A stretch of 64,000 bases of DNA from an uncultured bacterium. Its GTDB lineage: Bacteria; Edwardsbacteria; AC1; EtOH8. Shown piece after piece: positions 39,007 through 48,787 of the stretch (position 1 is the stretch's first letter; every line of letters begins with the position of its first letter). The notes beneath the pieces are model-generated. The model had not been told where the DNA came from, ran no database searches, and saw only the letters and a program-made list of their open reading frames with translations. A program made the position numbers and the translations under genes. The stretch lies in NCBI GenBank assembly GCA_963780225.1, contig CAWAAX010000016.1, forward strand, positions 66,505 to 130,504. Reading direction: 5' to 3'.

Positions 39007-42000
39007 TTTATCACCGCCGCTTTGCAGGTTTTGGCTTTGGCATTTGTTCCGTCATTTGCCTCCACCCGGATGATATAAACGCCGGAAGCTATTTGTTCCA
39101 GGCTCCAGACAACCTCGTTTTCTGTCATGGCCTGCCCCGGTTGTTTAAAATGGCGAACCAGTTCTCCGGCCAGGTTGAATATCTTAACATCGATTTCCGA
39201 ATTACTTTCCAGGAAAAACCGGATTTTTGCGTTGTCGCCCCGGGCCGGGTTGGGATAAACATAAGCATTCTTGATCAATTCTCCTGATTGGGCCGGCAAA
39301 GGATGCAGAGATAGATCCCAGTTCAAAAACCCGGTATGGGCCTGGTTGCCGCAGAACATCGGCCAGTTCAGCCTGGAATCAGTTCCCGGCGACCCGATGC
39401 TCCAAACATACAGATTTCCGTCGTCACAGCCCACTGCCAGCTCGATGTCGGAACTGTCCCCGTCCAGATCGGCCAGCAACGGAGTGGATAGCACTTTACC
39501 GCCAACAGTCAAAGGAAATCCGGCGGCATCAGTGCCGTTGCCGTTGAAGGCGTAAATCCTGCCGTCGGGTGAACCAATAACTATCTCCGGCAGGCCGTCG
39601 TTGTCTACATCGGCGGTTACCGGGGAAGACTGAACATTTAAGGATTCGGACATTGCTATTGGGAAACCAGAGATCAAGGTCGCGTTATAGTTATAAGCGT
39701 AAAGCTTGGTGCCTATGGCGGCAACTATTTCCAGATAACCATCCCCGTCAATATCACCCAGGGCCGGAGAGGCAATGGCGGTCTGGTCGTGGGATACCGG
39801 CCAGCCGGAAACGGTCCGGCCCAGTTTATCCAGCACGGTTATCTGATTTTTGGGGCAAGCCGCAATCTCAGGACTGCCGTCCCGGTTGATGTCGCCTATG
39901 GCGGTTGAAGCGGATACCCAATCCACCCAGGGCATCAAAGCCGGAAAGCCGGATATGTCCTTACCGCTGTCAGCCAAAGCGAAGATCCGGCTGTCGCCTG
40001 AAAGGACTACCGTCTCCGAACCCGGGGAATCAGCATATAGCTCAGCTGCCGATGGTGTGGCCCTTGTTTCCATGGCCAGGTCTTTTGGATAACCTGCAAC
40101 AGGGCTTCCATTATATCGCCAGGCATAAAGTTTTTTGTCGTCACAGGCCACTATGATTTCCAATGTATCATCACCGTCAATGTCAGCCAAAGTGGGTGAG
40201 GAGTAAATCGGACCCTGAGTAACAACGGGAAAGCTATCCAGCAAATCGGCTCTATTCAAGGTATATGCATTACTGTCTGGTGATATTTCCGTTACTATAT
40301 GAGAGTTAAAGCTAAAACCCCAAATAGAACCTTGGGTTAATAAATCAGCCGAGGATATAAACACTTCAGGCCGTCCATCGTTGTTGACATCCCCCACCGC
40401 CGGGGAAGAATAAATGTTGCCTGATACTTTGGCAAACTCGGCTCGAATTATAACTGTATCGTTGTCCGGCAATATTAATGTCGTATCTCTATTGAACAAC
40501 CCCTGACCGTTTGACATCAGAGCATATATCCGTCCATCGTTACCGGAGATAATCAGCACCGTGGTATCGCCCAAAACCGAATAATTGGCGCTGTTCCAAT
40601 CCACCGTCTGTCCCAGATCATAGGGAAAGCCGGGAAGGCTCCATCCGACCTTCACCCGGGCGCTCATGTTTTCGGACGGTGCTGTGATGCCGGATACGGA
40701 AATATGGGTATATGAACCGTCATTGGCTATAGTGGCAGGATCGCTGCCGTCGTCCAGCCGGTCGTTGTTGCCGGCAAAGTAGGCATCGTAGGGGCTGGCA
40801 TAGGTGGAATAAGGCGAGCCGCCCCAGCGCTGCAGGTCCTGGACGTGGTCGGCCTCCAGCAGATGTATGGCCTTTATGTCCCCGGTCTCCAGGCTGTTGT
40901 CATACCATCTTTGGGCTATCAGGTTCTCATCCACGTGATAGACCAAAAGCCCTCCGGCATCCAGCTCAAACGGCAGGGACATGTCATAGTCATTCACTTT
41001 TACCAATACTCCGTTGCGCCAGACCCTGGCTCCATTGGAATCGGCCGAAACGGAATCGGAGATAACGCTGTTGGGGTCCACCCAGGCCCGGCGGTTCTCT
41101 ATCAAATAATATTCGTGGGAGTTGATAGGAATTTTAACAATGGCATCCGGGTCTTTTGCCACCCAGTTAAATGCGACCGTGGTATTCTCGCCTGGATCCA
41201 GGGTCTTAGGCTGCGACCAGCCCAGGAATACCTTGCACCAGGCCGAAAGGTGGGGCGGCACGTAGGCATTCATGTTCCACGACCCCCAGGACATCAGCTC
41301 CCACTCGCCTAAACCCACCGAGTACATGGAATAATCATAAAGGTCCGGCAATCCCAACTGGTGGCCGAACTCATGGGCAATCTCGCCTTGCGAGCCCAGA
41401 ACCATCCCGTCCTGGCTTTGGGTTTCGGCGTCGATTATACCTTCATAGATCGTGTCGGCTCCGGCTTTTACAATTATGGGGCTGGAACTGTCCATCTGCA
41501 AAAATACCGAAGGGATATCAGCACCGTAGGGGTCGGTCTGCCAGCAGGAACCGGCATGGAATATCATCACGGCTTTAGGTAATTTTGATGGTCCGCTTCC
41601 GGTATGGAAACTACAGCTGTCATTGCTGGCCGCATCCACGGCATCACGCAGCAGTACATACAACCCCGCCCCCCAGTTCTCCCCCCCGTTGTAAAAATCA
41701 CTATAGAATGACATCTGATGGGGCAAGGTATAGGCGGAAGTATCGCCCTTGGGCCATTGTTCAAACTCTATGTACATTTGACTATCGGAAACAGCCAGGT
41801 AATAATTGCGCAGGGCCAGCATCTGATTATTGATGTACAGGCTGTCATGGGGCGGCTCATAATCCATGTTATGTCCATTAAGATAGTTGCCGTCGACATA
41901 CATAGATTGGCCGTTCCCGGCATAATCAAAATAGCCGTTGCCGGCTGTGTTGACATCATCATCCAGCTGGAACTGTGCTTTGATGGCCAGAACATGAACG

Positions 42001-42251
42001 GTATCCCTTATCTCCGCCTTGCTCCGGCCCTTGCTCTTTGTTACTTCCCTGACCCGGCCCAGCAGGTTCATTTTTGAAACGGCATCCTTGTACTGGCGGG
42101 GCTGCTGTTTGATCTTATCCTGTATCGGCCGGGAGGTATTTCCTTGCTGTTTTAAATCTTGCAGATCTCCGGCAACGGCTGCTGTGAATGCCATAAGGAC
42201 TAACAGCCACGATAATCCCAGCAAGCTACGGTTAAAAAGTGCTGCTGTCAT
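39003..42251 (-). CDS. M6-family (InhA-like) zinc metalloprotease with FG-GAP/VCBS repeats and a T9SS C-terminal sorting domain
   Basis: Zinc motif HEFGHQLGLPDLYD. Repeated DxDGDG calcium-binding blades (GDIDGDGYLEIV, ADLDGD). C-terminus GVYIIRVEANDGTNAKAKTCKAAVIK. Confidence 0.8.
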   Translation of the reverse strand: MTAALFNRSLLGLSWLLVLMAFTAAVAGDLQDLKQQGNTSRPIQDKIKQQPRQYKDAVSKMNLLGRVREVTKSKGRSKAEIRDTVHVLAIKAQFQLDDDVNTAGNGYFDYAGNGQSMYVDGNYLNGHNMDYEPPHDSLYINNQMLALRNYYLAVSDSQMYIEFEQWPKGDTSAYTLPHQMSFYSDFYNGGENWGAGLYVLLRDAVDAASNDSCSFHTGSGPSKLPKAVMIFHAGSCWQTDPYGADIPSVFLQMDSSSPIIVKAGADTIYEGIIDAETQSQDGMVLGSQGEIAHEFGHQLGLPDLYDYSMYSVGLGEWELMSWGSWNMNAYVPPHLSAWCKVFLGWSQPKTLDPGENTTVAFNWVAKDPDAIVKIPINSHEYYLIENRRAWVDPNSVISDSVSADSNGARVWRNGVLVKVNDYDMSLPFELDAGGLLVYHVDENLIAQRWYDNSLETGDIKAIHLLEADHVQDLQRWGGSPYSTYASPYDAYFAGNNDRLDDGSDPATIANDGSYTHISVSGITAPSENMSARVKVGWSLPGFPYDLGQTVDWNSANYSVLGDTTVLIISGNDGRIYALMSNGQGLFNRDTTLILPDNDTVIIRAEFAKVSGNIYSSPAVGDVNNDGRPEVFISSADLLTQGSIWGFSFNSHIVTEISPDSNAYTLNRADLLDSFPVVTQGPIYSSPTLADIDGDDTLEIIVACDDKKLYAWRYNGSPVAGYPKDLAMETRATPSAAELYADSPGSETVVLSGDSRIFALADSGKDISGFPALMPWVDWVSASTAIGDINRDGSPEIAACPKNQITVLDKLGRTVSGWPVSHDQTAIASPALGDIDGDGYLEIVAAIGTKLYAYNYNATLISGFPIAMSESLNVQSSPVTADVDNDGLPEIVIGSPDGRIYAFNGNGTDAAGFPLTVGGKVLSTPLLADLDGDSSDIELAVGCDDGNLYVWSIGSPGTDSRLNWPMFCGNQAHTGFLNWDLSLHPLPAQSGELIKNAYVYPNPARGDNAKIRFFLESNSEIDVKIFNLAGELVRHFKQPGQAMTENEVVWSLEQIASGVYIIRVEANDGTNAKAKTCKAAVIK

Positions 42252-42252
42252 A

Positions 42253-44754
42253 TTATAATTCTACTGAAAGTGAGAATTTTTTATTGTATTTTTGCAATTC
42301 ACCGCCTGGCTCCATGCCGAAATCAAACTGAATATTTTTATAACCCACTCCAAAACCGTAGGTAGCGCCTTTGATCCTGCCCACTTCATCGGCAACATAT
42401 CCGGCACGGAGCCCCAGCTCTGCTGCTCCAAGGTATTGGTATTCCATACCGGCATGATGCACTGCCTCCTTAAGTTCTTCTCTCCAAGGCCGGTCGTAAA
42501 CTACCAACATCTTGGTTATATCGTAAGCCGCTGTCAACTTAGCCCAGCGGCCATCCAATATTTTATAGGCGGCACCGGCCCGGATATTGCGGGAAAGCGG
42601 ATCGGACTGCTCGGCGTCGATATAGACAAGCTTGGGGCCTATATTCTGGAGATTGGCGCCGAAAGACAGCCCCTTGAATGGCCCACGGTATAGCAGGCCG
42701 AAATCCAAAGCCCAAGTGGTGGCCACGCCCTTGCCCTGGCTTCCCTCCGCTCCGAACGGCGCCAGATGTGAATGGATCAGTTTTAAATTTATTCCGCCGG
42801 CCAGGTCTTTGAATATTTCGTTGCCATAAGAAAGACTGGGGGAAAACTCGTAACTGGAAAACTCGCCGTAATCTTCTCCCAAAGTGCCAGTATGCTGGCT
42901 GGTTCCCTCGGAAATAAAGATAACGCTACCGCCAAATACTCCCCAGTCTTTATAGGGCTGAACATAGGCGATGTATTCATAATACATATCGCCCACATCG
43001 GCCCAAATCTCGGAAAGCCAGGGAGAATGCATCAGCGAAGCATAGCTTTTGTCCTGTCCTATTTTCACTAACTCGGAAGGGTAAAGCGCTTCCAGCAACA
43101 TCCGATTCAGTTTACGCAAGTCGGTCAGGCTAAGATTACCAGGACCTTCAGCCAAAAGTTCCTGAGCATCAATTGAAATCGGATAATTTGACCATTGTTC
43201 TTTCTGATAAAAATCGGTCCGGGATATGATCAGATTAATGCCGGCCAATAAAAACTGCCTGCCCTCGATAGATGCCCCCTGACCCTTAAAATGACTCTCC
43301 AATGCAGCCAAAGCTCCCGGATCCATAAAACTTTTAATATACTGATAAGGGTTGGATTCTTTTTTAGGGCCTCCAAACCATTCCGGAAAATATTCAGCCA
43401 AAAAAGCCCGGTTCAGAACGGCTGGATTTCCGGTATTGCCGCGCTCAATAAGATTTTGCAGATATTGGCTCCTTTTCCATTCAACCGGGAATGGTTGTCG
43501 GACAAGGTGCGTATCAACCAGGATATTGTTGTTGAGAGCATCCAACCACAACCTTTGTTCGGCTACAGCCATGGGGCCTTCGCCGGTATATTGCAAAAAT
43601 ATCTGGTTGATGGTCTCCCCAGTCTCTCCCTTGAGATAAGCCGTTAAGGTATCATTGTTGTTAACGCCGATAAAGGGCGTAATGATTCCGGAAAACAATA
43701 ATTCCAACGCCTGCCGGTTAAGCAGACGCAGGTCTTCCGGCAAAAGATCAGCTGTTTGAATATTTAACAAACCGGGGTAAGCCTGAAGCAGCAGATCTTG
43801 GTTCCACGAGTAAAGCGCTCCACCCCTGAGATTTTTGCCGGCCAAAGCTGAAGTACCAGTTTTCAAAGTCACACTTTTGAATCGCTGTTCCTTATAAAAA
43901 TCAACCTGCCGACAGACATTGTTAAGGGTAGTGGCTAAAATTGATTTTAAGCTGTCGGAATACTTATCCTGATATTTCCGGGATAAAAAGATCTTGGCAT
44001 TTCCCGTCATCTTGCTGTAAATATACTGGGAAACCGGGTCGGCCTGACTTTTGATCTTCTGGGATAAAGTCTGGGCATCTACAATATTTGCTGCCGTAAA
44101 GTCAAAGCTATCCGGGAGCATCCGGTATTTGGCCAATATTCCCGCCGCCTGTTCTGGGATGGCTATTCCATCCCAGCTGATCGTTTTATAAGTAGACCGT
44201 TCGTTGATCTGTTTATTCAAGGCATAGATCAAAATTACTTTGGATTTGCTGTCCATAACCTCACCTGCTTGGTGCCTGGAGATGATGACTCTGGCATCTT
44301 CGTTTAGCAAGGGAAACATCATCCTGCCTGACGGTCCTGCAGTATCGGCCAATAAAGCAATAAGTTTATTCCAGTCGGTAATGTCGCCCTGTGACAATAG
44401 CGGTGAACCGGAAAGTTTTATTATCGTGCCTTCGGGATCTTTAAAATCGGCCCAAGCATAAACGTTCCCCACTGGAGAATCTTTGAAACTGCTTAAAAAC
44501 CGATTCCAGTCCTTGATGTCCTGATAATTCAACAACGGGTCGTTCCTTTTCAGGAATGCCAAGCCTGCCGGATTATAATAGGTGGCGGTGGCATCATCGG
44601 CGATGGCACAAAAAGCGCTACCCATCCCGCTGGGCCTGGCGCCGGGCCGGATCATTAAGAATATTGCGCCACCCTCCGATATAGCCCAGGCGTAGGCGGA
44701 CGACAGTAAAATTACTGCGACTATCATTAGTGTTCTGTTTCTGGTGGTATGCAT
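42253..44754 (-). CDS. Large outer-membrane protein (833 aa) with a C-terminal beta-barrel, downstream of a T9SS cargo gene
   Basis: Signal peptide. C-terminal strands ...GYKNIQFDFGMEPGG...KFSLSVEL. Confidence 0.55.
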   Translation of the reverse strand: MHTTRNRTLMIVAVILLSSAYAWAISEGGAIFLMIRPGARPSGMGSAFCAIADDATATYYNPAGLAFLKRNDPLLNYQDIKDWNRFLSSFKDSPVGNVYAWADFKDPEGTIIKLSGSPLLSQGDITDWNKLIALLADTAGPSGRMMFPLLNEDARVIISRHQAGEVMDSKSKVILIYALNKQINERSTYKTISWDGIAIPEQAAGILAKYRMLPDSFDFTAANIVDAQTLSQKIKSQADPVSQYIYSKMTGNAKIFLSRKYQDKYSDSLKSILATTLNNVCRQVDFYKEQRFKSVTLKTGTSALAGKNLRGGALYSWNQDLLLQAYPGLLNIQTADLLPEDLRLLNRQALELLFSGIITPFIGVNNNDTLTAYLKGETGETINQIFLQYTGEGPMAVAEQRLWLDALNNNILVDTHLVRQPFPVEWKRSQYLQNLIERGNTGNPAVLNRAFLAEYFPEWFGGPKKESNPYQYIKSFMDPGALAALESHFKGQGASIEGRQFLLAGINLIISRTDFYQKEQWSNYPISIDAQELLAEGPGNLSLTDLRKLNRMLLEALYPSELVKIGQDKSYASLMHSPWLSEIWADVGDMYYEYIAYVQPYKDWGVFGGSVIFISEGTSQHTGTLGEDYGEFSSYEFSPSLSYGNEIFKDLAGGINLKLIHSHLAPFGAEGSQGKGVATTWALDFGLLYRGPFKGLSFGANLQNIGPKLVYIDAEQSDPLSRNIRAGAAYKILDGRWAKLTAAYDITKMLVVYDRPWREELKEAVHHAGMEYQYLGAAELGLRAGYVADEVGRIKGATYGFGVGYKNIQFDFGMEPGGELQKYNKKFSLSVEL

Positions 44755-44785
44755 TCTTGTTCTCTCCTATTGATTCTTAAACTGA

Positions 44786-46213
44786 TTATTTCATTACTAC
44801 TATTTTGCCAATTTTGCTGGCTTCACCAGATGCCCCCTGAACCGTGATTTTATAGAAATAAACTCCGTTGGCAAGAACGCTACCATCGGCATCCCGTCCA
44901 TCCCAATATATCTGATTGTAACCGAAACTTCGGCCGCTTTGAATCAGGGTTTTTATCATCCGTCCGCCGATGGTATAAATGTTTATAGTAACATCGCCTT
45001 CCTGATACAGATTGAAAGGGCCGGAGATACCATAGCCGGGGGTAATCGCTATCTGGGAGAGTGAGTCTGCATTCGGGGCACTTTCCTGGCCGACAGCATT
45101 CAGGTTGTACGTATATGCTGTTCCGATATCGCCGGAGAGTGCGTTGTACAGCAGCGAGATGATCTTCCCGCTGGGCTCGAGCACGGACCACCGGTCGTTG
45201 GCATTCTGGGCAAGCTGATTCGTGTCGATTGTCACGTTGAGGAGGTAGGATGTATCCGCGTCCACGAAGAGGTAGGTCACGTTCGTGGGCGTCGTGGCCG
45301 GATCGGCATTGCCGAAAGACATCTTTACGTCACCGTTCTGGCCCTTGGAATAGACCGGGGGGAGGGCGCGGTTCGTCCCGGTATTGTCAGACCATTGGAT
45401 GGGGGTCTCGTGCTTCAGGATGATGAGCGGGGAAAGGGCATAGATCGTGGCGGTCTCTGTGGTCTCGTCCTGGGAGAGTGCACCGACAAACCATTTTCCC
45501 TTTCCGGCGAGATGATGCGTAAAGTCTGCCATGTCCGATGACGTCCCGGCATCTCCCGCATAGGGGTTGAGAGTGACCTTGTTGTTGTTGAGGGTGAACG
45601 GGAGATTGTCCGAGTCAACGAGCTTCGTGTCAATATCGCCCCAGGAGACGAAGTTATTCCCGAGTTCGTTATTGGAATAGAGAATACCGTATCCCTTGGA
45701 AGGCGATTCATTGAACAGGTAAATCGCGGTGGCGACCCTGAACAGGCCGGCATCCTCTTTCTTCCAGCTGTCGTTGTACTTGGTGACGAACGGGTTGCCC
45801 GTATAACCGGGAGCCGTTATCCGGAACGTCGGTACGGTATGGTTGATGTAATACCGGTCCGTGGGGACGCCGGTGTAATCGATGACGGATTTCAGGGGAC
45901 CAATAACATGGATGGTGTTTCCTGCAAACGTCCCGGTTGTCGAGGTAAAGGTCCGGTTCAGGTAAGTAATCGGGATCTTCTGAATAACGCGGACATCGGT
46001 GTTGTCACTGGTGGTTGACTGGATCTCGACCTTCGATACCGAAGGGTCCCAGAGGTCCACCGTATTGATGTGGGACAGGTTCGTGGCCTTAAACTGATAA
46101 TCCTTGCTGAGGTCTATCTGGAGCGTGGTCGCTGCAGCCGGTGTGACGGCGACGAGCAGGAGCACGAGCAGGACAGACACAAGTATAATCCTTACGTTCC
46201 AATGTTTCATCAT
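44786..46213 (-). CDS. Secreted protein with a T9SS C-terminal sorting domain
   Basis: Signal peptide. C-terminus GVYFYKITVQGASGEASKIGKIVVMK. Confidence 0.65.
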   Translation of the reverse strand: MMKHWNVRIILVSVLLVLLLVAVTPAAATTLQIDLSKDYQFKATNLSHINTVDLWDPSVSKVEIQSTTSDNTDVRVIQKIPITYLNRTFTSTTGTFAGNTIHVIGPLKSVIDYTGVPTDRYYINHTVPTFRITAPGYTGNPFVTKYNDSWKKEDAGLFRVATAIYLFNESPSKGYGILYSNNELGNNFVSWGDIDTKLVDSDNLPFTLNNNKVTLNPYAGDAGTSSDMADFTHHLAGKGKWFVGALSQDETTETATIYALSPLIILKHETPIQWSDNTGTNRALPPVYSKGQNGDVKMSFGNADPATTPTNVTYLFVDADTSYLLNVTIDTNQLAQNANDRWSVLEPSGKIISLLYNALSGDIGTAYTYNLNAVGQESAPNADSLSQIAITPGYGISGPFNLYQEGDVTINIYTIGGRMIKTLIQSGRSFGYNQIYWDGRDADGSVLANGVYFYKITVQGASGEASKIGKIVVMK

Positions 46214-46533
46214 GCAAATTCACCTGTGACAAATAGATATATGTAAGATACATAATCGTAGATCAAGATAAATTCTACGCTTTGCCGCACAGGTGGTGAT
46301 CCTGCATATAACAAGGGAATTTTACGATCAATAGAGAATAAATATATTTTTTTTAGTTTTTTCCTTATGATTATATTGTGGGAAATTAATGCCATTCCAG
46401 GATTTATTACAGGACATTTTTTCTGCTCCCGGAAGGCACACGAATGCTCCCTGCGTCTCCCGGCGTCAGTGCAGGACATCCGGACCGGGCAGACGTCAGG
46501 CACAAATAGTGATACCGCAAAATACTGGATACA

Positions 46534-47517
46534 ATGGAGCAGAAACGGCACCCGTACGAGACCGTCGCCGATGCGTTTGCCACCCCCTCCCTCTCCCCGG
46601 ACCTCGTCGTGTGCCTGCTCTGGCTTGCCGGTGCGATCGGTACGATTTATATCCCCTGGATCAACGAGACGTTCCTGAGGGTATTATTCGGCATTCCGGT
46701 CATCCTCTTCATCCCGGGATACGCACTCATCGCCGCATTGTTCCCCGGCGCGAAGGACATCGACGGGATCGAGCGGGTCGCGCTCTCGTTCGGCCTCTCG
46801 ATTGCCGTGGTGCCGCTGGTCGGGCTCGCGCTGAATTACACGCCGTGGGGGATCCGGCTCGACCCGATTGTCGTCAGCCTCGCGCTGCTCACGATCTGCC
46901 TCTGCCTCGTCGCCCAGTACCGCCGGGCGCTGCTGCCCGCGGACGAGCGGTTCGTTGTCCCGTTTGCAGCACTCCGGAAGAGTGCGGTGGCGGAATTTTT
47001 CCCGGAGGAGGCATCCCGGCTCGACCGGGCACTCTCCGCACTCCTTCTCATCGCGGTCGTTGCCGCTGTTGCGACCACCGTCTTTGTCATCGTGGTACCG
47101 AAGGAAGGGGAGAAGTTCACGGAATTTTTTATCCTCGGGGAAAAGAACATGGCCGCGGACTACCCGACCCTTCTTGCGACGGGAGAGCCCGGGTCCCTCT
47201 CCATCGGCATCGGGAACCACGAATACCGCAACATCACGTATACGGTCGAGACTTACCTCGTGACCATGAAATTTGACGAGAAGACCAACACGTCGTCGCT
47301 GCAGGCAATGGACCTGCTCGACCGGTTCACCGTCCCGGTCCCGCAGAACCAGACCGTCATCACCCCGTATACGTTCACGGCAAAAAAGACCGGGTACAAC
47401 CGCATCGAATTCCTCCTCTTCAACCAGACCGTGCCGGACAGCACGGTAAAGGGCATGGACCGGATCAACCGGAGCTACCGCGACCTGCACCTCTGGCTGA
47501 CGATCCGATCAGGATGA
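46534..47517 (+). CDS. DUF1616-family archaeal membrane protein
   Basis: Conserved block ILFIPGYALIAALFP...ERVALSFGLSIAVVPLVGLALNYTPWGIRL. The gene sits in the high-GC segment. Confidence 0.65.
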   Translation: MEQKRHPYETVADAFATPSLSPDLVVCLLWLAGAIGTIYIPWINETFLRVLFGIPVILFIPGYALIAALFPGAKDIDGIERVALSFGLSIAVVPLVGLALNYTPWGIRLDPIVVSLALLTICLCLVAQYRRALLPADERFVVPFAALRKSAVAEFFPEEASRLDRALSALLLIAVVAAVATTVFVIVVPKEGEKFTEFFILGEKNMAADYPTLLATGEPGSLSIGIGNHEYRNITYTVETYLVTMKFDEKTNTSSLQAMDLLDRFTVPVPQNQTVITPYTFTAKKTGYNRIEFLLFNQTVPDSTVKGMDRINRSYRDLHLWLTIRSG

Positions 47518-48318
47518 CGATTGCGGGGGTAAGAGCGAGAAAACAAGGGTAACGGACGATTCCGTTTCTTCCGGGATGCACCGTTCCACCTGGACGGCGT
47601 TCCCGGTTCCTTCCACGAGCAGGCAGGCGACCAGGCTGCAGACCGGGCAGGGGCTGACGAGGCAGCACCGGGGGGATTCCTGCTGGATCGCCATGCAGCC
47701 GGCGATCAGCCGGTAACCCTCCATCCGTACCGTTACCGTGGTGGGATCGATCACCGCAGTCACCTTGTCCGCGACTTCCAGCAGGTCGACGCCGGCCTCC
47801 CGGATCAGGTCCGGAAGCACTGCGGGGTCGCGTGAGACCACGAGGTGGTGCCGCTGCCGGAGTTCGCCCAGGAGAGGAGTTGCGGATGGCTCGACCAGCA
47901 GCCCGGCAGGGCCCGGGGGGATGACGAACGAATCCCCCCGGATGAGTGCGGCGTCGCCGGTATACGCGGAGACCGGGACGAACTGCAGGATACGGTCGTT
48001 CCTTTCCCGGGACGGGGGGAGGAAGACCGCGTTACCGGTGATCCCGAGATCGGCACAGATGCGGCAGAGACTGATGCACCCCTGCACGGGCAGCAGGCTG
48101 ACGAGCCGGGTGTCGAGAGGTTCGGCACCCGAGAGGGTGGCAAGGAAGATGCCGGTGATCAGGCAGGCCAGGCCGGCGATCACGAGCGCTGCGCTCGTCA
48201 GGTCGCGGCGGTCCGTCAGGACGGCAAGCAGGACAAGGACGACAGCGGCACCGATCAGGACGAGGGCTGCCCGGTAATACGGGTTCAGGGACGGGATCTG
48301 GAGGGCAGGGAATTTCAT
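47509..48318 (-). CDS. Hypothetical membrane protein with a C-terminal Cys cluster (CCLVSPCPVCSLVAC)
   Basis: Two N-terminal TM helices. The ORF is intact in GC-rich DNA. Confidence 0.45.
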   Translation of the reverse strand: MKFPALQIPSLNPYYRAALVLIGAAVVLVLLAVLTDRRDLTSAALVIAGLACLITGIFLATLSGAEPLDTRLVSLLPVQGCISLCRICADLGITGNAVFLPPSRERNDRILQFVPVSAYTGDAALIRGDSFVIPPGPAGLLVEPSATPLLGELRQRHHLVVSRDPAVLPDLIREAGVDLLEVADKVTAVIDPTTVTVRMEGYRLIAGCMAIQQESPRCCLVSPCPVCSLVACLLVEGTGNAVQVERCIPEETESSVTLVFSLLPPQSSS

Positions 48319-48787
48319 ACGGGGACTCCGGAATACTGTTTCCTGAACCGGTAGTCACGGATCGCCATGACCGCAAGAACGCAGCCGGTGATACCGCACA
48401 GGATCGCGAGCGGCAGGAGCACGTGGTTTGCCAGCTCGATCATCAGGGTGATGGCCAGAGTGACAGAACCGGCGACCAGCAGTGCCGGAAGATCCTGTGC
48501 CGACACATGGATTTCCATTACTGTGGCAATCACACCGGCAGCCATCCACGCGAGGACCAGTCCCTCCCAGACGCTGGCCGCCCCGGAAATCGCCACGAGC
48601 AGGATTCCGGAACAGACGAGGTAAAAAACCCGGTCCGGCCAGGTCCGGGTCAGCCGGTACGTGATCGCAAACACGACCACAAGGAGGATGGCGAGGTATC
48701 CTGCCGGCCCGGGCCTGATGAGGGTACTGAGGATTACCACTGCCGCCATCAGGACAAGAATCACGCGATCGGGGGCCAGGGCGCTCA
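48315..48787 (-). CDS. Small polytopic membrane protein (157 aa), translationally coupled (ATGA overlap) to the upstream DUF58 gene
   Basis: Starts MSALAPDRVILVLMAAVV. Has 4-5 TM helices. Its ATG overlaps the TGA of the corrected DUF58 reading frame at 48784-48787. Confidence 0.5.
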
